A DNA stretch of 64,000 nt, taken from assembly GCA_035084275.1 (NCBI GenBank), contig CM068769.1:2294001-2358000 (forward strand). Reading direction: 5' to 3'. The notes below the pieces were generated by a model. It saw nothing but the letters and a program-made list of their open reading frames with translations. It ran no database searches and was not told the DNA's origin. Position numbers and translations under genes: made by a program. Below are positions 24,321 to 37,890 of the stretch, piece after piece. Position 1 is the stretch's first letter; every line of letters begins with the position of its first letter. Source of the stretch: Hydrolagus colliei. Lineage: Eukaryota.

Positions 24321-24565
24321 AATAATAATAATCCTTGGATTTGATATAGCGCTTGGCACACCTTTTCTCTAAGTGCTAAAAATGTTGTAACGTGAACTGC
24401 CTCTAAAGTTGTGGGTGAACCACATAAGCTGATTTTGCACAGATGTGTCGCTCAAAATAATGATCGATTGAAGCGACCAATTTTACTATTGTGTTTTTGT
24501 TAGGGATTACTGTTTGGCATGTGAGGTAAGGAAATATTCCCAAGGTTTTGGCCTGACCTACCTTA
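24321..24565 (-). mobile_element. Deu-domain SINE, degenerate
   Basis: (AAT)n-CCTTGGATTT tail and body matching other copies. Confidence 0.6.
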
Positions 24566-25013
24566 TCTGTGTTAGGCTATCTGAATGAAGTGAATGTTAT
24601 GTAGGAAATGCAGCAGTTAATTTGCACCAAACATGTTTTGCAAAAACGGTGCCCAAACCTTCATTCCACACGTGGAAACCGTTTTTATTAACTGAAATTT
24701 TCAGAAGAGTTTCTGATCCCAAGTTAACAACTTTTAAAAAAATCATTTATTTTCTTTATCAGCCGATGTGCAGTAGTTCTGCTGTTGCTGTTTCATTTCA
24801 TGATAAAGGATGTTAATGTTCAAGAATTAAGCACCATTTTACAATTGAGCTCTGGTATTTGTACCAATCTGTTCCATTTCCAAGAAACAACAAGACGCCT
24901 CCATGGTTTCCAAGTGATATACCTGAAGGTTAACCTCCGGAGAGTATCCTCAGTACGAAGCTTTCATTGCAGTGAAGAATTATGAGTTTTGTGCACTTTC
25001 TATTCCCATTATC

Positions 25014-25243
25014 AGAGTTCTGTAGCTCAGTTGTTAGAGCACTCGCCTTACAAATATGCGACCTGTCTTCAAATACAGGAAGGGCGAAACATTGGGCAAG
25101 TTTCCTTACGCCACACGCTTAATAATAATCCCTCAAAATTGGACATTTCAACGAACGACTGTGTGGGACAGTGCTGTAATGTTGTGAAGCACTTTGCGAA
25201 GACGTGAAAAGCGCTGTATCAAATGCAAGAATTATTATTATTT
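25014..25243 (+). mobile_element. tRNA-derived SINE with internal deletion
   Basis: GTAGCTCAGTTGTTAGAGCAC head; TTGGGCAAGTTTCCTTAC; GTGAAAAGCGCTGTATCAAATGCAAG tail. Confidence 0.75.
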
Positions 25244-28200
25244 TGCCTATGTGCAGCAATTATACTTGCTGCATATTTTCTTGTTGCTTATATTTCTAGG
25301 CTACACCTTCTGTCCTATATTAGAAAGGGTGCTGAACTAAACTGGACCACTACGAGGTGAGTGAATGTTCTTGGAGAATGTAGATAATTGGAGTGAACTC
25401 CACTTCCTTCCCCTTTCAATTCTAAACGGTTAAATAATCTCAACTCAGCTATAGGCCGTCATACATATTAACCCAAAGCTGTGTGAAATTGCAGGGTTGA
25501 AATTTTACCTGTTGTTATGCATATCGTATGTAGGAAGTTGGTGACATTTTATCAATACAACGCAGAAAGTTTGTGCTCCTTCCTGAGTAAAAAGCAGAGT
25601 TAATCCAATCAATGTCATGTGGGAACAATACTTCTGTTAAGCACCGATGAGTGCATTGTATTGTAGAATGTTCCCTTGCTGGTTGCTTATTGTGAAAGAA
25701 AGTTGTATTGTAGCAGATGCTACTCATTCTTGTTGACTAGTATGCACACTGATTGTACAGAGCAATATCTGAGTAGCTTCACTTGTTTTAACGGAACAAT
25801 ATTGACTTTGGACTTTGAGGTGATATGATTATGTCCTTACGATTCGGAGGAGAAAATAGATAGTGTAGACCACAATAAAATATTTTATATTGTAATTAAC
25901 AGTATATCCAGAGGACAGATCCTACGATTGAAGTGGAGGGTAGTCACAGAACACGTCTACAAAGCAATAATTCAGTGAATAATTAATTAATGGAACAGAT
26001 TCCTTATGGCAACATGGAAGCAGAAATTGTTTGTTTCAAGAACAATTTAGATTTCTGCTGGAAAATAATATTTTGGGATATAGTATAAAGTTTGAGACTG
26101 ACTGGATGGTTAATGCCGTACAAATTGTATCGTAATTGTCTTTTGACAAGCAAACATGTATGCTATGTTTTCATATAATTTGATGTAGCTATGTACACAG
26201 TAACCCTAAAATCAGGTAATCAACATTCCCGGAGTTCACCCTTTCCATAATTAAAAACAGTGTACAAGTCAAAAGAGAATAACCTAGGTAACTTGTGCTT
26301 TTAAGAACATTGTCATGTAGATAACCTTATTTGAGCGTTTCTTTCTTTCAGCCTTGTTTTCAGCTCAATAAAGACTGTTTCGTTTAGTTTCTTGATCAGT
26401 GACAGATGCAATGGGACCAGTTAGAAATACGGTAAGAAAGTTATTCTGTTTCTGACAAGTTATCAGAAGTGTTTTGTTGCGAGTGGCAGGAAAAGCGTTT
26501 AGAAAACGTGGCACAACAGGTGTTCCGATGAGTATTGAATGTTTTTGCTTGGAACTGTGCTGCAATATTGAATCTAACTTAACTGTAGTTGGATCACCGC
26601 AGATTTGTGTGTTCTTATCTAGCACCACTCAAAAAATAAAAAAAAGCTTTGAAAACTGAGATTTTTCTGAAGCTAGTTTTACATATTTAGTATACATTAG
26701 CAATGTATCTTTTGCCTGCATGTTAAGTAATATCAATAGCTGTCTTAAATTTTGAAACTTTTGTTTAAAAAACAATCTGGAAATGTCTGCAAGCCATTTG
26801 TATTGGCGTTTTAATGGAGATAATTTAGAGTGCGTGATAACGTGCTAACCGAGAGAGGAATTATTTATGTTTGACTGCAATTAAGTCACGTGCAGGTACA
26901 CAATCAAAAATGATTTAGTTTTGCTACATTGGTATTTAAGTTTGTTCATGAAACTTTTCTCTCAGTTCCTTGAGGAATAACTACCCAACATATGAAACCA
27001 CTTCCCTTTGAAGAATATTTTAAATTTGGCTTCAAATGATTTCTGTTGTGTATTGCTGCTTTCTTTTTCTTTCGTTCCTGTTTCAATAAATCATGTAAAA
27101 TTTGAATTCTTATCGTCCTTTCCTCAGAGGACAATTAACAACTTGAAGAGCTTGCCTGGAAGGTGGGTATAGGCAAGGACACTGGACTCATTTAAAAAAA
27201 ATAAATGCTGTTCAAAAAGAGAAAGTAGTTTCTTCTCCAATCTAAGATCTGGAATATTGGTCAAGTGTCCTCCAGATAAAATTACTCTTTCACTTCATGG
27301 CATTTTGTCAGACATTGATGTGCACAAATTGGTAAAGGCTGCTGATTGGTTTAGGCTTCGTTACTATTGCGTCGAGAAGACTGCTTACAATATGCAAAAT
27401 TACACAAATTCTATCCTCCAAGTATTTATTTTTGATTGTCTCAGCTCTCCATTGCCATTTCAAATGTTCCAAAAGTTATCAAGTGCAAAGAGGCACTGTC
27501 TTGTGCTATTTCTTCTTGTTTTATCCTTTGCCTTTCATCCAATTTTAAACCTCTGGAAAGTAGAAGAGGTTTGGAGTGATCTAAGTAGGTTATGATCTGT
27601 GTAGAGTTTTACGCATTTAATAAAACAAATGATTTAATCATTTACATGTTAAATTAAATATGGAAACAATTGACTTCAGCCGATAGAGGTCTATAGACGT
27701 TTGAATTTAGGAAAAGTTGAGGGGAAAACTATTAATCGTACAGCGACGACATGTTTGAGTTTTGAAAAATGAAATGAATAAATAGTCCATAAGAATTGAT
27801 AAATAGTGGTGTATAACAGCTTGATATCTAATATAGAAATGTAGTTCAGATTATAAGGCAAGACATTTCAATTGCCTTCCAGAGTTACTTTTTTATTGTC
27901 CAACACAAGTTTTATTGATGAATTATTCGATTTGTTTTACAAATCGTAACCGTCAGTTGGTTTTTTTTGCAGAATGAACAATATATTTGGATTTTAGAGA
28001 AAAACAATATTATTACACTACAAAACTCATAGTAGAAAACAAAATAGTACTATCGCTGTCAGGAAGATGAAAACATTGCAAAGAAAAATGATTTTCAGCC
28101 TCCTACGTTCTGTTGTGTAACTGGAAACCAAAATTAATAATGATTATACTAATAAATCTTTATTCGCACCGTAATAAGCTACTGTTATTGGGGGAGTTGA

Positions 28201-29384
28201 GAGAAATGTAATTAAATGGAACAGAGTCCAGAATGCAAAATATCCTTTCTGACAAAAATAACAAGAAAAGTTTAAAATGTGCAGCATCAGGATAAAAATA
28301 ACATAATGGTGAAATATTTTCCAAAATATAAACCAGAGGTTTGATTGAAGAGTTCAATTCAGAAAGAATCTACATAAACTATAATTTTAGAGAGTGAGTA
28401 GCAAACCTGTGCAACTTGTTCTCTAGTTCGATGGTTGAAGCCGGAATTGTTGAGTCCTGTAGACGCAGTTTAACACAGGTTTACTTTTAGGAAATAACAT
28501 GGAATGTAGAACACCAGGAACATTGAAGGCGATCCAGGTGGACCTTGTTGATTTGATAATCTGTAGTGTAACTTTCATATCCATCTGTGGATAGTGTTTC
28601 GGTTGCAAATAATGCAGAAAGGGAAACTTTCTACTGAAAATGTAACGGATCACTTTTGGAAATTACAATCAATTTTGGTGCTTTGCTATGTACAGCATAA
28701 AAATTAAACATCGTAGAGAGGGGTAGTTTCATTTCTCCAACAATAATATATCCTGTCGTTTGACTTTTTGGCTCTCGTAGATGTAATTGTGGACTTTAAA
28801 AATTACATTCATGATATCAGTAGGTTTAACAAATTAACAAGTTAACAATTAACAAAACTAGTTTACTTTAACTAACTTTGAACCATGTTTTGCTATTTTA
28901 TGTTTGCAACTGATACTATCTTTAAATATTCAAATCAAATAATAAAATATTTATAATTTAACAAATAATAATTCTTGAATTTGGCATAGGATTTTTATGT
29001 CGTCCAGCGGATTGAATGTTTGTGGGTGAAACACTCACAAAATTGCGTGTTTTACATTGCCTTTACAGTGTCTCCTTTTACAGACAATTGGTCAACCTAA
29101 AAACGAGAACAATTTAAACGTAACATTTATTATCCCATTTGCTTGTAGACTTTCTGAGAGGTTAACTTTTAAGTGATCTTTAAAAAGTTTTCAAAAAAAG
29201 TTAAACCATATGGGAAGTTTGATAAGCACTGCAATGTTGCTGCAACTTCATACATAGAGAATCTTTATGCATGCTTCATTAATTCATTACGGTAGGGTTG
29301 CACATTTATGGTTTGATTACATCGGATTAAGTTTTGTTGCAAATGCAGTTTCTTTCGATACCTGCCTTTGCCCTAGTGGCCATT

Positions 29385-30614
29385 TTATTTTGCCATAATG
29401 CCACAGGCATTGTGCTTGTTTTGCTGTAAATGGTTCCAGTACTTGATTAGCTCACTGGGCTGGAACTGATGAGAGGTAATTAGTTGGCTATATGTACAGC
29501 TGGAGTAAGGAACTCGCCAGTGATTGAAGAGAAACTCATTGGGTGGTGGCACAGGAAAAATACTCAGTTTGGCAAGACAGAGTCCCACATAGACATCTTC
29601 TAAATGCAAGCGTCTGATGCTCAAAGAGGCATGGACAATTTTTCCAGCTAACTCAGCAGAGAAAACGTAACCAGTTCCTGAACAGAAGATCGGATAACGT
29701 TCACCAGGATACTGTTCCGGAGGCATGTACCACTTGCTGTCCTTGTTGCGATGTGGGGAAAAGTTTCTCATGATGTAGCCAGTGAAATAGTTGTGACGTG
29801 GAGGTTGTTCGGGTTTTAATAGTTTGCTTATTAAATATTCAATGTTCACAAACATGTCACTGTCTGTCTTCATAACATATGAGGCGTTAGGGCAGTACAT
29901 TCGAACCCAGTTCATGCCCATGAGAGTTTTAATTGTTAGATTATTATACGTATCCAGAAAATCCTGTTGAATAATGTCACGATATTGTCTGCTTTCATCC
30001 AACAAGGCTTGTTGGAACTTATCAGTATCCATTCTAACACCGAGAAGAAAGAGGTGCAAAATGCGTAATCCGTGAGCATTGCTTTCATTTCCCCAGGTTT
30101 GTCTAATGGCACGTCGTGCTTCGGTTTGGCCAGGTTCAGCACTAATCAGTAGAATTAAAAATGGACTTTGTCCCTTGCATTTGTTTGGTTCATTGACTAT
30201 ATATTTATATTGATGGACGCTAATGTAACCTTTTCTTTTTTCATTATATATAGTTCCATTGGCATTCAATGCATCTCCCAATACAGTCATGCCTGGAGGA
30301 GAAAATACACTGCTGGAGTCAATAGCAGAAAGAGCCTTGGATACTTGAGCATTCACCCTCCAAGTTCTTGTCGTAGTGCTGTGGTTCTTGTTACTTTTTG
30401 GAGCTCTGAACCCCCACAATATATGAGAAACCGAATTGGCAGAGCCTCTTGACCAAGATTTGCTCGTTACCAAGTCATGCTGGCTAACGAACAGAAACAA
30501 TGCAAATAAAAACACAACACAGATGAGTGCAATTATATAAATGCGTAATATTGACCGTTTCACATGCCAGTTAATCTTCAGCAGACAACAGTGGCGTTTT
30601 CTCCACTGAAGCAT
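29385..30614 (-). CDS. B3GALT2: Beta-1,3-galactosyltransferase 2 (GT31), single coding exon, 409 aa
   Basis: N-terminus MLQWRKRHCC typical of B3GALT2; type II TM IYIIALICVVFLFALFLFV; GT31 motifs RRAIRQTWG, DFLDTYNNLTIKT, KTDSD, CSGTGYVFS and EDVYVG; ORF uninterrupted. Confidence 0.97.
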   Translation of the reverse strand: MLQWRKRHCCLLKINWHVKRSILRIYIIALICVVFLFALFLFVSQHDLVTSKSWSRGSANSVSHILWGFRAPKSNKNHSTTTRTWRVNAQVSKALSAIDSSSVFSPPGMTVLGDALNANGTIYNEKRKGYISVHQYKYIVNEPNKCKGQSPFLILLISAEPGQTEARRAIRQTWGNESNAHGLRILHLFLLGVRMDTDKFQQALLDESRQYRDIIQQDFLDTYNNLTIKTLMGMNWVRMYCPNASYVMKTDSDMFVNIEYLISKLLKPEQPPRHNYFTGYIMRNFSPHRNKDSKWYMPPEQYPGERYPIFCSGTGYVFSAELAGKIVHASLSIRRLHLEDVYVGLCLAKLSIFPVPPPNEFLFNHWRVPYSSCTYSQLITSHQFQPSELIKYWNHLQQNKHNACGIMAK

Positions 30615-31809
30615 GTTGCAGCTGGACTGTTCGCAATATCTAATACTCGTGTATTTGTTGCCTTACTTCAAATTGCTTCTCTTTTTGCACACCATTTCAC
30701 GTTGTCTTCTCACTGCATTTTGTGCTATGCTTCTTCACAAATTCAAGCCGCCGGAAATGATCATTGGTCTATTGCAGACCGTTTCTGTTTCATCACCTCA
30801 GCTGTGCAGACGACGCATCCATTTTTGTGTACAATTGTTGGATGAAAGAGTCACATGTCCCATTCCAGTAGAATATTCAGGCTATTTTCCTTTGCTTGGC
30901 GCATAATTCCCGAATGTCCTTAGGCTATAAGCTTTATCTCACTTGCAGGGAAAGTGCAAAAAAAAGAAGTTATTACTACAGTTTTGGGAATAAATTGCAG
31001 ATCTTTCTTGCAAACCAAGGAATTCAACTCTAAAGGCTTCTAGCAAATGCAGTGGAGTACATTGGAAGCTGCTTTAGCTAGATGCTTGTTAACCCTGGAC
31101 ACCGGGTAAATCGGACAAAATATCGGGTCTGATTCATTTGTAATCTTACAATTTTTAAATATGCGTGTGAAATTGTCTTCCACTCTGTTTGCTAATATGA
31201 ATTGTTTTCATTTCAATATAGTGTTTTACGTTGTGGATTATCAAAACGAACACACCTAAAAATCATGAAGGTGCAAGCAGAATTCAATTCACTTCAATGC
31301 ATAGCTTTGTACTTCAATCATTTTATAAGGAAACATTTGAATTATCAGCTATATCAGATTCTTGCACTGATTTCACTTCCTGTTCGTCCTCTAATCGCCA
31401 GCATGATCTCTAGCAGATTTTCAATTTGCTACTAACGTGATTGAAATCGGTCATTTTAAAGTGGTATATCAGTTACTCAAATATTCTACTTTAATATTCA
31501 TAGTATTTAAGATGTGTTATCTCATTAGTTTATTTTCAAATTGAATATGCATATTTAGGAATGATTTTTAAAATCACCATGCTGTTGTGCTATTGAGTTG
31601 GACATACAGTATTCCTCTGAAGTAAAAACTTCTTTGAATCAATGCAGAGTACCACATTTATCTGTATGGACTCTACTTATAGGTTTCTCAGTCACCTGTA
31701 ATTGAAACGAAGGCAGCGGGTGCTGGTTTGAGGAGAGGGGCAGCTGTATAGGTAGCGGATACAGAGGAGAGGAGGGCTTTGAAAATAAGGCTGCTCAAAC
31801 TACCAAACA

Positions 31810-32113
31810 AGCTCAGTGGTTAGCGTACTGACCTTTCAAGCGTGAGTCGTTTTTTTCGAATCCAGGGAGGTCAGAGTGAAATCTTGGGAAAGTTTTCTTA
31901 CTCCACACGCCTAATAATAACCCTTCCAAATAAACAGCATAATAATAAAATTGGTTATTTACATTTCTACGATTATATGTGGAAATGTTTGACACATTTT
32001 CGCCCATAGATGTACAGTCAATTCAATTTACAGTACATCCTGTGAAATGCTTTCAAGCATCTAGGTGACGCAAAAAGCGCTATACCGAATTCATGGATTA
32101 GTATTATTATTAG
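31810..32113 (+). mobile_element. tRNA-derived SINE
   Basis: GCTCAGTGGTTAGCG A-box, TTCGAATCC B-box, shared body and tail. Confidence 0.75.
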
Positions 32114-32265
32114 TTGTGGTATAGATGCGAAACGAGACACTAAATACAATGATCACCGATTACAGCTATGTAGTCATTTCACTTTACAGCGCATTGAGAC
32201 GTATAGAATACTTAAAAAGCACTTGGTCCAAACGCAATGATTATCACCCTGTTTTACAAGCGAAG

Positions 32266-32332
32266 TCCCTGATGGTGGTTAGGATTCAGCGCTTTTACCG
32301 CTGTGACCCGGATTCGATTTCATGTCAGGTAA
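32266..32332 (+). pseudogene. tRNA-Glu pseudogene (anticodon TTT, 5-nt D-arm deletion)
   Basis: TCCCTGATGGTGGTTAGGATTCAGCGCTTTTACCGCTGTGACCCGGATTCGATTTCATGTCAGGTAA aligns to the Glu gene at 18221. Confidence 0.75.
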
Positions 32333-32794
32333 AATAGCGATTTCACCTGTGAGCAACAATATGCTTCTCTGTGACAATTTTCTTAGCTATATTGACACTT
32401 GCTTTAGTGCAGCAAATTCTTCAGCAAATAAGTATATCATTGTGGCTCATGCGAACGTATGAGTCTGTCTGCATACACATGTCATCTTCACAAAGTATTA
32501 CTTATTCTCTTTGTTGCATATCGCGAAATAATTATCACAGCTGATAATTGAAGTTTAATGAGATTGATCAGATCACACAAGTGGCTGATCAACATGCAGT
32601 GTAGTGCATGACCTACAGTTACCCTGTAGGTCATGCAGTGACCTACAGGGTAACATTGAAAATTTGAGTTGTTTTGATCCAAATGTTAACGTGCTGTGGA
32701 GATGTTGTGCGGCATCACAATATCCTATTAAATTATAAACAGTGAAATAAAAGTCCAAACCGGATATTCCACCATATGTTTCTGACAACACAGG

Positions 32795-32866
32795 AGAAGA
32801 CGCAGGGGATTGAACCCGGGACCTCATAGACGTGAAGCATACGCTCTACATCTGAGCTACATCCCC
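32795..32866 (-). tRNA. tRNA-Ala (CGC family, anticodon now CAC), degenerate
   Basis: GGGGATGTAGCTCAGATGTAGAGCGTATGCTTCACGTCTATGAGGTCCCGGGTTCAATCCCC. Confidence 0.8.
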
Positions 32867-33294
32867 ACGTAATGCAGTTCTTAATTTTGGTTCGGCATTA
32901 GGTTACGAACTGGAATGGTTTGCAATGCAATACAAAAGCTTATGTTCCGTCACAGGCAGTATACATCTGTGGGCAAGACAGTCCAGTGAATGAGACAACC
33001 CCTTCTTTTAGAGCATCACCAGAAACCCAACTGACGAATTGCTTCTGTACTGTTGCATTATTTCACTCTCACTGTTGGGAAATGTTACAAGCAGATCACT
33101 CTGTAGGGCATTGTAAATATCGCCTTCAAATCAGATTTTTTGTGAACAGAACTAACACTTTGTTTTCATGGAATCGAAACAGAGCAATGCTGATTTTGGA
33201 AAATGAGATCCCCCAGGGTGGGGCATGCAAACAGTGGGGAAGTCTTGTAATCACGCAGTTAGCGTAGTTCAATTTGTACTTGATACTTGCAATA

Positions 33295-33570
33295 AATAAT
33301 GATAATACTAATCCTTATATTTATTTAGCGCTTTCCCCATATTATAGACGTCTCAAAGCGCTTCAGAGCATACAACAACGTCCCAAGGTAGGGACCAGAG
33401 CAGAGGGGGAGGGGTTGCGTAGGGTGCAGAAAAGAGGGAAGTAACGTGGGGAATGAGGTATGGACCAGAGTAAGTGGGGCGGGGTCGTGGTAGGGGGAAG
33501 AAGAGTAGAAATATTGACTGTACATCATGGTCGAAGCGCGGCAACCAAATTTCGCACAACCCGCAAACCA
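33295..33570 (-). mobile_element. Deu-domain retroelement fragment with pyrimidine tract and L2 tail
   Basis: Minus-strand TGTGCGAAATTTGGTTGCCGCG core; AAGCGCTTTGAGACGTC tail. Confidence 0.6.
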
Positions 33571-34354
33571 GGCTATCCATAGCGGGTGGATATCGTAGAA
33601 CAAGTGATTTCAATAAGTACTTAACAAGAATATCTGATACTCACTGAAGGCAACGGCGCCTCTCACAGAATCGCTTACATCCAGCTCTATCCGTCTCTCT
33701 ACATGGATAATTTTCTACCAGCTATTTTAGGACTGCAATAGCGTTGAGATACTTCCAGAAACAAATATTAGATGTAATAAGTGAAATTTGGTGATATGGT
33801 CATCCATTCCAACATGAATCAGTTAACATTTTATCAGCTGACCTGAAAACAACATTTGAAGAAACATCTGCTCGATAGTAAATTATTCCTCTGTACAATC
33901 CTTCCTCGTCCTCACTTACAAGGCCATTCATGGTCTTGCCTCTGCCTATCACTCTGACTTACTGTCTCCCTATCAGCCTGCCCACACCCATTATTCAGCA
34001 GACTCAGGCCGGCTCTGCGTCCACCGCCCTAACCGCCCAACAATCGGCGGCCCGGCTTTCAGTCTCTCTGCTCCCATACTGGGGAACTCCAACCCTCATC
34101 TCCTCTGCCTTCCTTCCTCCCTTTTCTTCTTCGGCTCACGCTCTCCCAATCTCCTTCCATTTTCACCTACCCCGATTCTCTCCCCACTATCCCGCCGCTT
34201 GGGTCCCCACTTGACTTTTCAGCACTTTGGGACGTCCCTCCGACGTTAAATGTGCTTTATAAGTGGAATTTTGTTGCTGTTGTTCCTGCTGTTCTTAAAT
34301 CAAGTTATCAAGTTAATAATTTAAGACTTTACCTGTTGACCAATATTTGGTACT

Positions 34355-34660
34355 TAATAACAATAAACGTTGCATTTGATAAAGCGCTTTTTACATCTCA
34401 TCGACGTCCCAAAGCGCTTCACAGAATATACTGTAAAGTGATTTGAAATCGCGGCAACCAATTGCGCACTGCAGTTTCCCTCAAATAGTTGTGGAACGAA
34501 ATTAGCAACTTTATTATTGTGTGTTTTCTGGACGGATTATCATTAGTCGTGTGGGGTAATGCAATTTGCCCAAAGATTCGCGCTGGCCTACACAGAGCTC
34601 CCTAGCTTGGTCTCCCCAGCTTGCAAGACAAGCGCTCTAAACAATAAACTACAGAATCTT
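34355..34660 (-). mobile_element. Deu-domain SINE
   Basis: Head, Deu core and tail on the minus strand. Confidence 0.8.
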
Positions 34661-35164
34661 ACTTGAGAAAATGCCTAGTTTTCAGGTGAGACAAGTCCAC
34701 AAATATTCCCCCCAAACATGAGTGACCGAATTATTATTTATTTACTTATTTTGACCAGTTTACTAGACCAGCAATGTTATCCACTAATCGAAGTAAACCA
34801 TATTCCTATTTCGTGCAATGTAATCCGAGGCATGTGTACCAAGTGAGCTTGTGCATATTTCGCTCAGGCAGGGATTTAACCATATGTCCTTTCGTTTGTG
34901 AGGCTCGTGATCTTCCCAACGAGCTGCATAGTTCCACAATTAAGATATAAAATGCACTGAGTCTCCCACCTCTGTTTGTCATTTGAAAAGCTTCTGAAAT
35001 GTGACTCATTGGGAGCGGTCACTTCCTTCAAAATCACCTCCCACCATCTGACACATCCCGACATGAAAAACGTACTGACAGAGATTTTAAGATTTCCATA
35101 GTATTGAGATATTTTCTGCTTCAAAGACGATAAATATTGAAATCATTTTGGTGATTCTGGTGAT

Positions 35165-35752
35165 GTATGATGGTTAATCTATACAAAACACTGGTTAGGT
35201 TTCAACTGGAGTACTGCGTCCAGTTCTGGGCACCTTATTTCTGGAAGCACATGAAGGCACTGGAAAGTTTGCAGAGGAGATTCACGAGAATGATAACAGG
35301 AATGGGGAACCTTAGCTATGAGTACAGACTGGAGAAGTTAGGACTTTTCCCATTAGAGAGGAGATGGTTACGCAGGGAACTGATAGAGGTCTTCAAGATA
35401 ATGAAATTTTTTGACAGGCTAGATAGGGAAAAGCTTTTTCCGCTGGTAGGTGTGTCTATGACCCTTGGTCGCAGTCTTAAGATATCAACCAAAGAAGCAG
35501 AGGGGAGGTTAGGCTAGGTTCCAATTTGGAATGATCTGCCATAACGCGTAATGAGGACCGATTTGATAGCAGCCTTTAAGAGAGAACTCGATAAGTATAT
35601 GGGAAAGATGGGTTTGCAGGGTTATGGCGAGCAAGCTGGTGATTGGGGTTAATGATGGTGACTTGTTCGGTCAAAGAGCCGGCACAGACTCGATAGGCCG
35701 AATGGCCTCCTTCTGTGCCGTAACATTCTGTGATTCTGTGATTCTATGATTC
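35165..35752 (+). mobile_element. CR1 LINE, 5'-truncated
   Basis: LYKTLVRFQLEYCVQFWAPY...LQRRFTRMI...LIEVFKIM; 3' GGCCGAATGGCCTCCTTCTGTG and (ATTCTGTG)n tail. Confidence 0.92.
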
Positions 35753-37019
35753 CATGATCTGTTAACATTTCACCTGCTGACCTGTACATGGCACATTAGG
35801 CAATACCAGATGAACATCAAGCCCCATCTACACAATACATGCAACAAATGCTACATCACGTTGTAAAATGAATATTTTAACGCTTTACCTGCTGGAATGT
35901 ACATGGCACATGAGCAACCGTCTGGTCGCCACGTGAGACGGGCCTCACAAACTGGTATACTTATTCAACACAGCGGCAGAAAACATTGCAGAATAAATGA
36001 TTCTGTTGTCTAAGTTGTTGTTTACTGAGTTAATACCCTTTTCCACCGCTATGCTGCCTGTTCCCACCTGATAGACAAGCAAGTGACAGATCTGAAGCTA
36101 GTTATCATCTGAAACTGTCGTGAAATGTCACACTCAATAAAGGGAGCGGCGCTTCTCAGAAATTCATACCCAACCAGTCTGGCAAGTCAGTGTGTCATCT
36201 GGTGACTAATAGAGAGCCTCAGGGTAACTGTCAAATCAGAATCAGCGATACATAGAACCCATCTGATGCTATTGTAAATGGCCCTGAGATGTCCCATGGT
36301 TAGTGTCCAGACACTACACGATTGAGCTGTGGTGAGGAGAGGGTCCTTTGCTAAAAGAATTGCTCCTATTACACTTTCTATCATCACGGATTATAAACAC
36401 GCGTGGAAACACTGGGACGGGTTCCAACTTTAATATGTTAGCAATTTACCTGCTCATCTGCACTTCACACAATAGCAAACAACTGGTGTACAGAAGGTCC
36501 CAAACTGGCAAAATGTTGGACACCTTGATTGCCCCTACAGATTGCTGTTGAATATAATCTATGTTGAAGATTTGTCTTTAGCTCTGATTTTCTAGAGTAA
36601 TTTACACTTTGCTGTTTTCTGCCCATTGTGCTTATTTGTCAGTACCTGTCAACATCTGTGTTCTCACACAGTTACTGTCAACTTCATCCCCTATTCTAAT
36701 ATCATAAATTGCCATACTAATGAATATATTTGGCAGGGGAATTGTAACGGAATGAGGGACCACGGGGAGGTATATGGTCCGTTGCCTCCTCAATCCTCGG
36801 TATCAGTGAACAATGACAAGGAATCATTGGAATTCTGTTTTTTTGGGCGATTGGTGAATTGTTGCTTTGTTTGGAGGGAAGGAACTCCAGCTCCTGTTCA
36901 GTCCAGGAAAGTGGAGAAGCTGGCGTTTGGGAAGGACATGATCAAACTGTCTTTCACAGCGCAAATTCCAAACATAGGAACAACAACTCAACAAAAATTG
37001 CATTTAAGTTGAGAATTTC

Positions 37020-37525
37020 AAGTCGGGAGGACATCCAAAACCGCTGAGCAGTCAAGTCGGGACCTGAATGTGGGATGTGGGTGATGGGCGGTTAGCTTCG
37101 GGGTAGGGGGAAGGGGAAGGTGAGTGGGTGAGGGGGAAGAATTAGTGGGGCAGCCGAAGGCGCAGTCGAAGAGGAAGGTCTTGAGACTGGCTTTGAAGAA
37201 TGCAAGGGAGGAAGCAAGGCGGAGGGGCTGCCGGATGGAGTTCCACGGTGTGGGAGCAGAGAGCCTGAAAGCCTGGCCGCGGATGATTGGGCGGTTAGGG
37301 CGTTAGTCGCGGAGCAGGCCCGAGTGTGCTGAACGGAAGGGAGGGGCAGGTTGATAGAGGGACGGTAGTTCAGAAAGAAAGGCGGAGGGAACGCCGTGAA
37401 TGGCTTTCAAAGTGACAACAAGGACCTTGAATTCAATCCTCTGGGTGAAGGGGAGCCAGGGAACATGGGCGAGTGCAGAAGTGATGTGCTCGCGAATCCT
37501 TGTGTCGGAGAGGACACGATCTGCA
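37020..37525 (-). mobile_element. L2 LINE 3' fragment
   Basis: Reverse complement of CTTCAAAGCCAGTCTCAAGACCTTCCTCTTCGAC (L2 ORF2 end); absent from the right duplication arm. Confidence 0.8.
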
Positions 37526-37699
37526 GAATTCGGCTTGAAAACGACAATAATAAACTTGACTCATTTACTGCGATTAATCACATTATAAAAAATCTCAAGG
37601 CGGTTATCAGACTATACAGTAAAGTGAACTGAATAAATATATATTTTCGCCAATTCCACACATATTTATCTCAAACTGTTCGTGGATTGAGTGTCCAAT

Positions 37700-37890
37700 T
37701 TCTTAATTATTTAGTTATTGTGACGTGTTTACTACACCAGCACAGGTATCCCCTACCATGTTCCAACTTCCTGGCGGAGGCAAACCGAGGCATTTGTACC
37801 AAGTGAACTTGCCCAACATTTCCTCCTGTCTTGGCAGTGAATTGACCCTGTATCCTTTCGCCTGTGAGGCTAGTGATCCACCTAACAAAA
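37700..37890 (-). mobile_element. Second tRNA-headed SINE-like subfamily (related copies at about 34800-34930 and 60810-61000)
   Basis: GGATCACTAGCCTCACAGGCGAAAG...GTTGGGCAAGTTCACTTGGTACA is shared among the copies. Confidence 0.55.

Noticed and set aside
22760-24990. Complex non-repeat sequence that might be coding remnants
   Set aside because: No recognisable protein motif in the frames examined; a BLASTx search would be needed.
25014-25090. tRNA-like heads at about 19770, 23495, 25015, 31810 and 42225 as tRNA genes
   Set aside because: Each runs into the shared SINE body, and none closes a cloverleaf.
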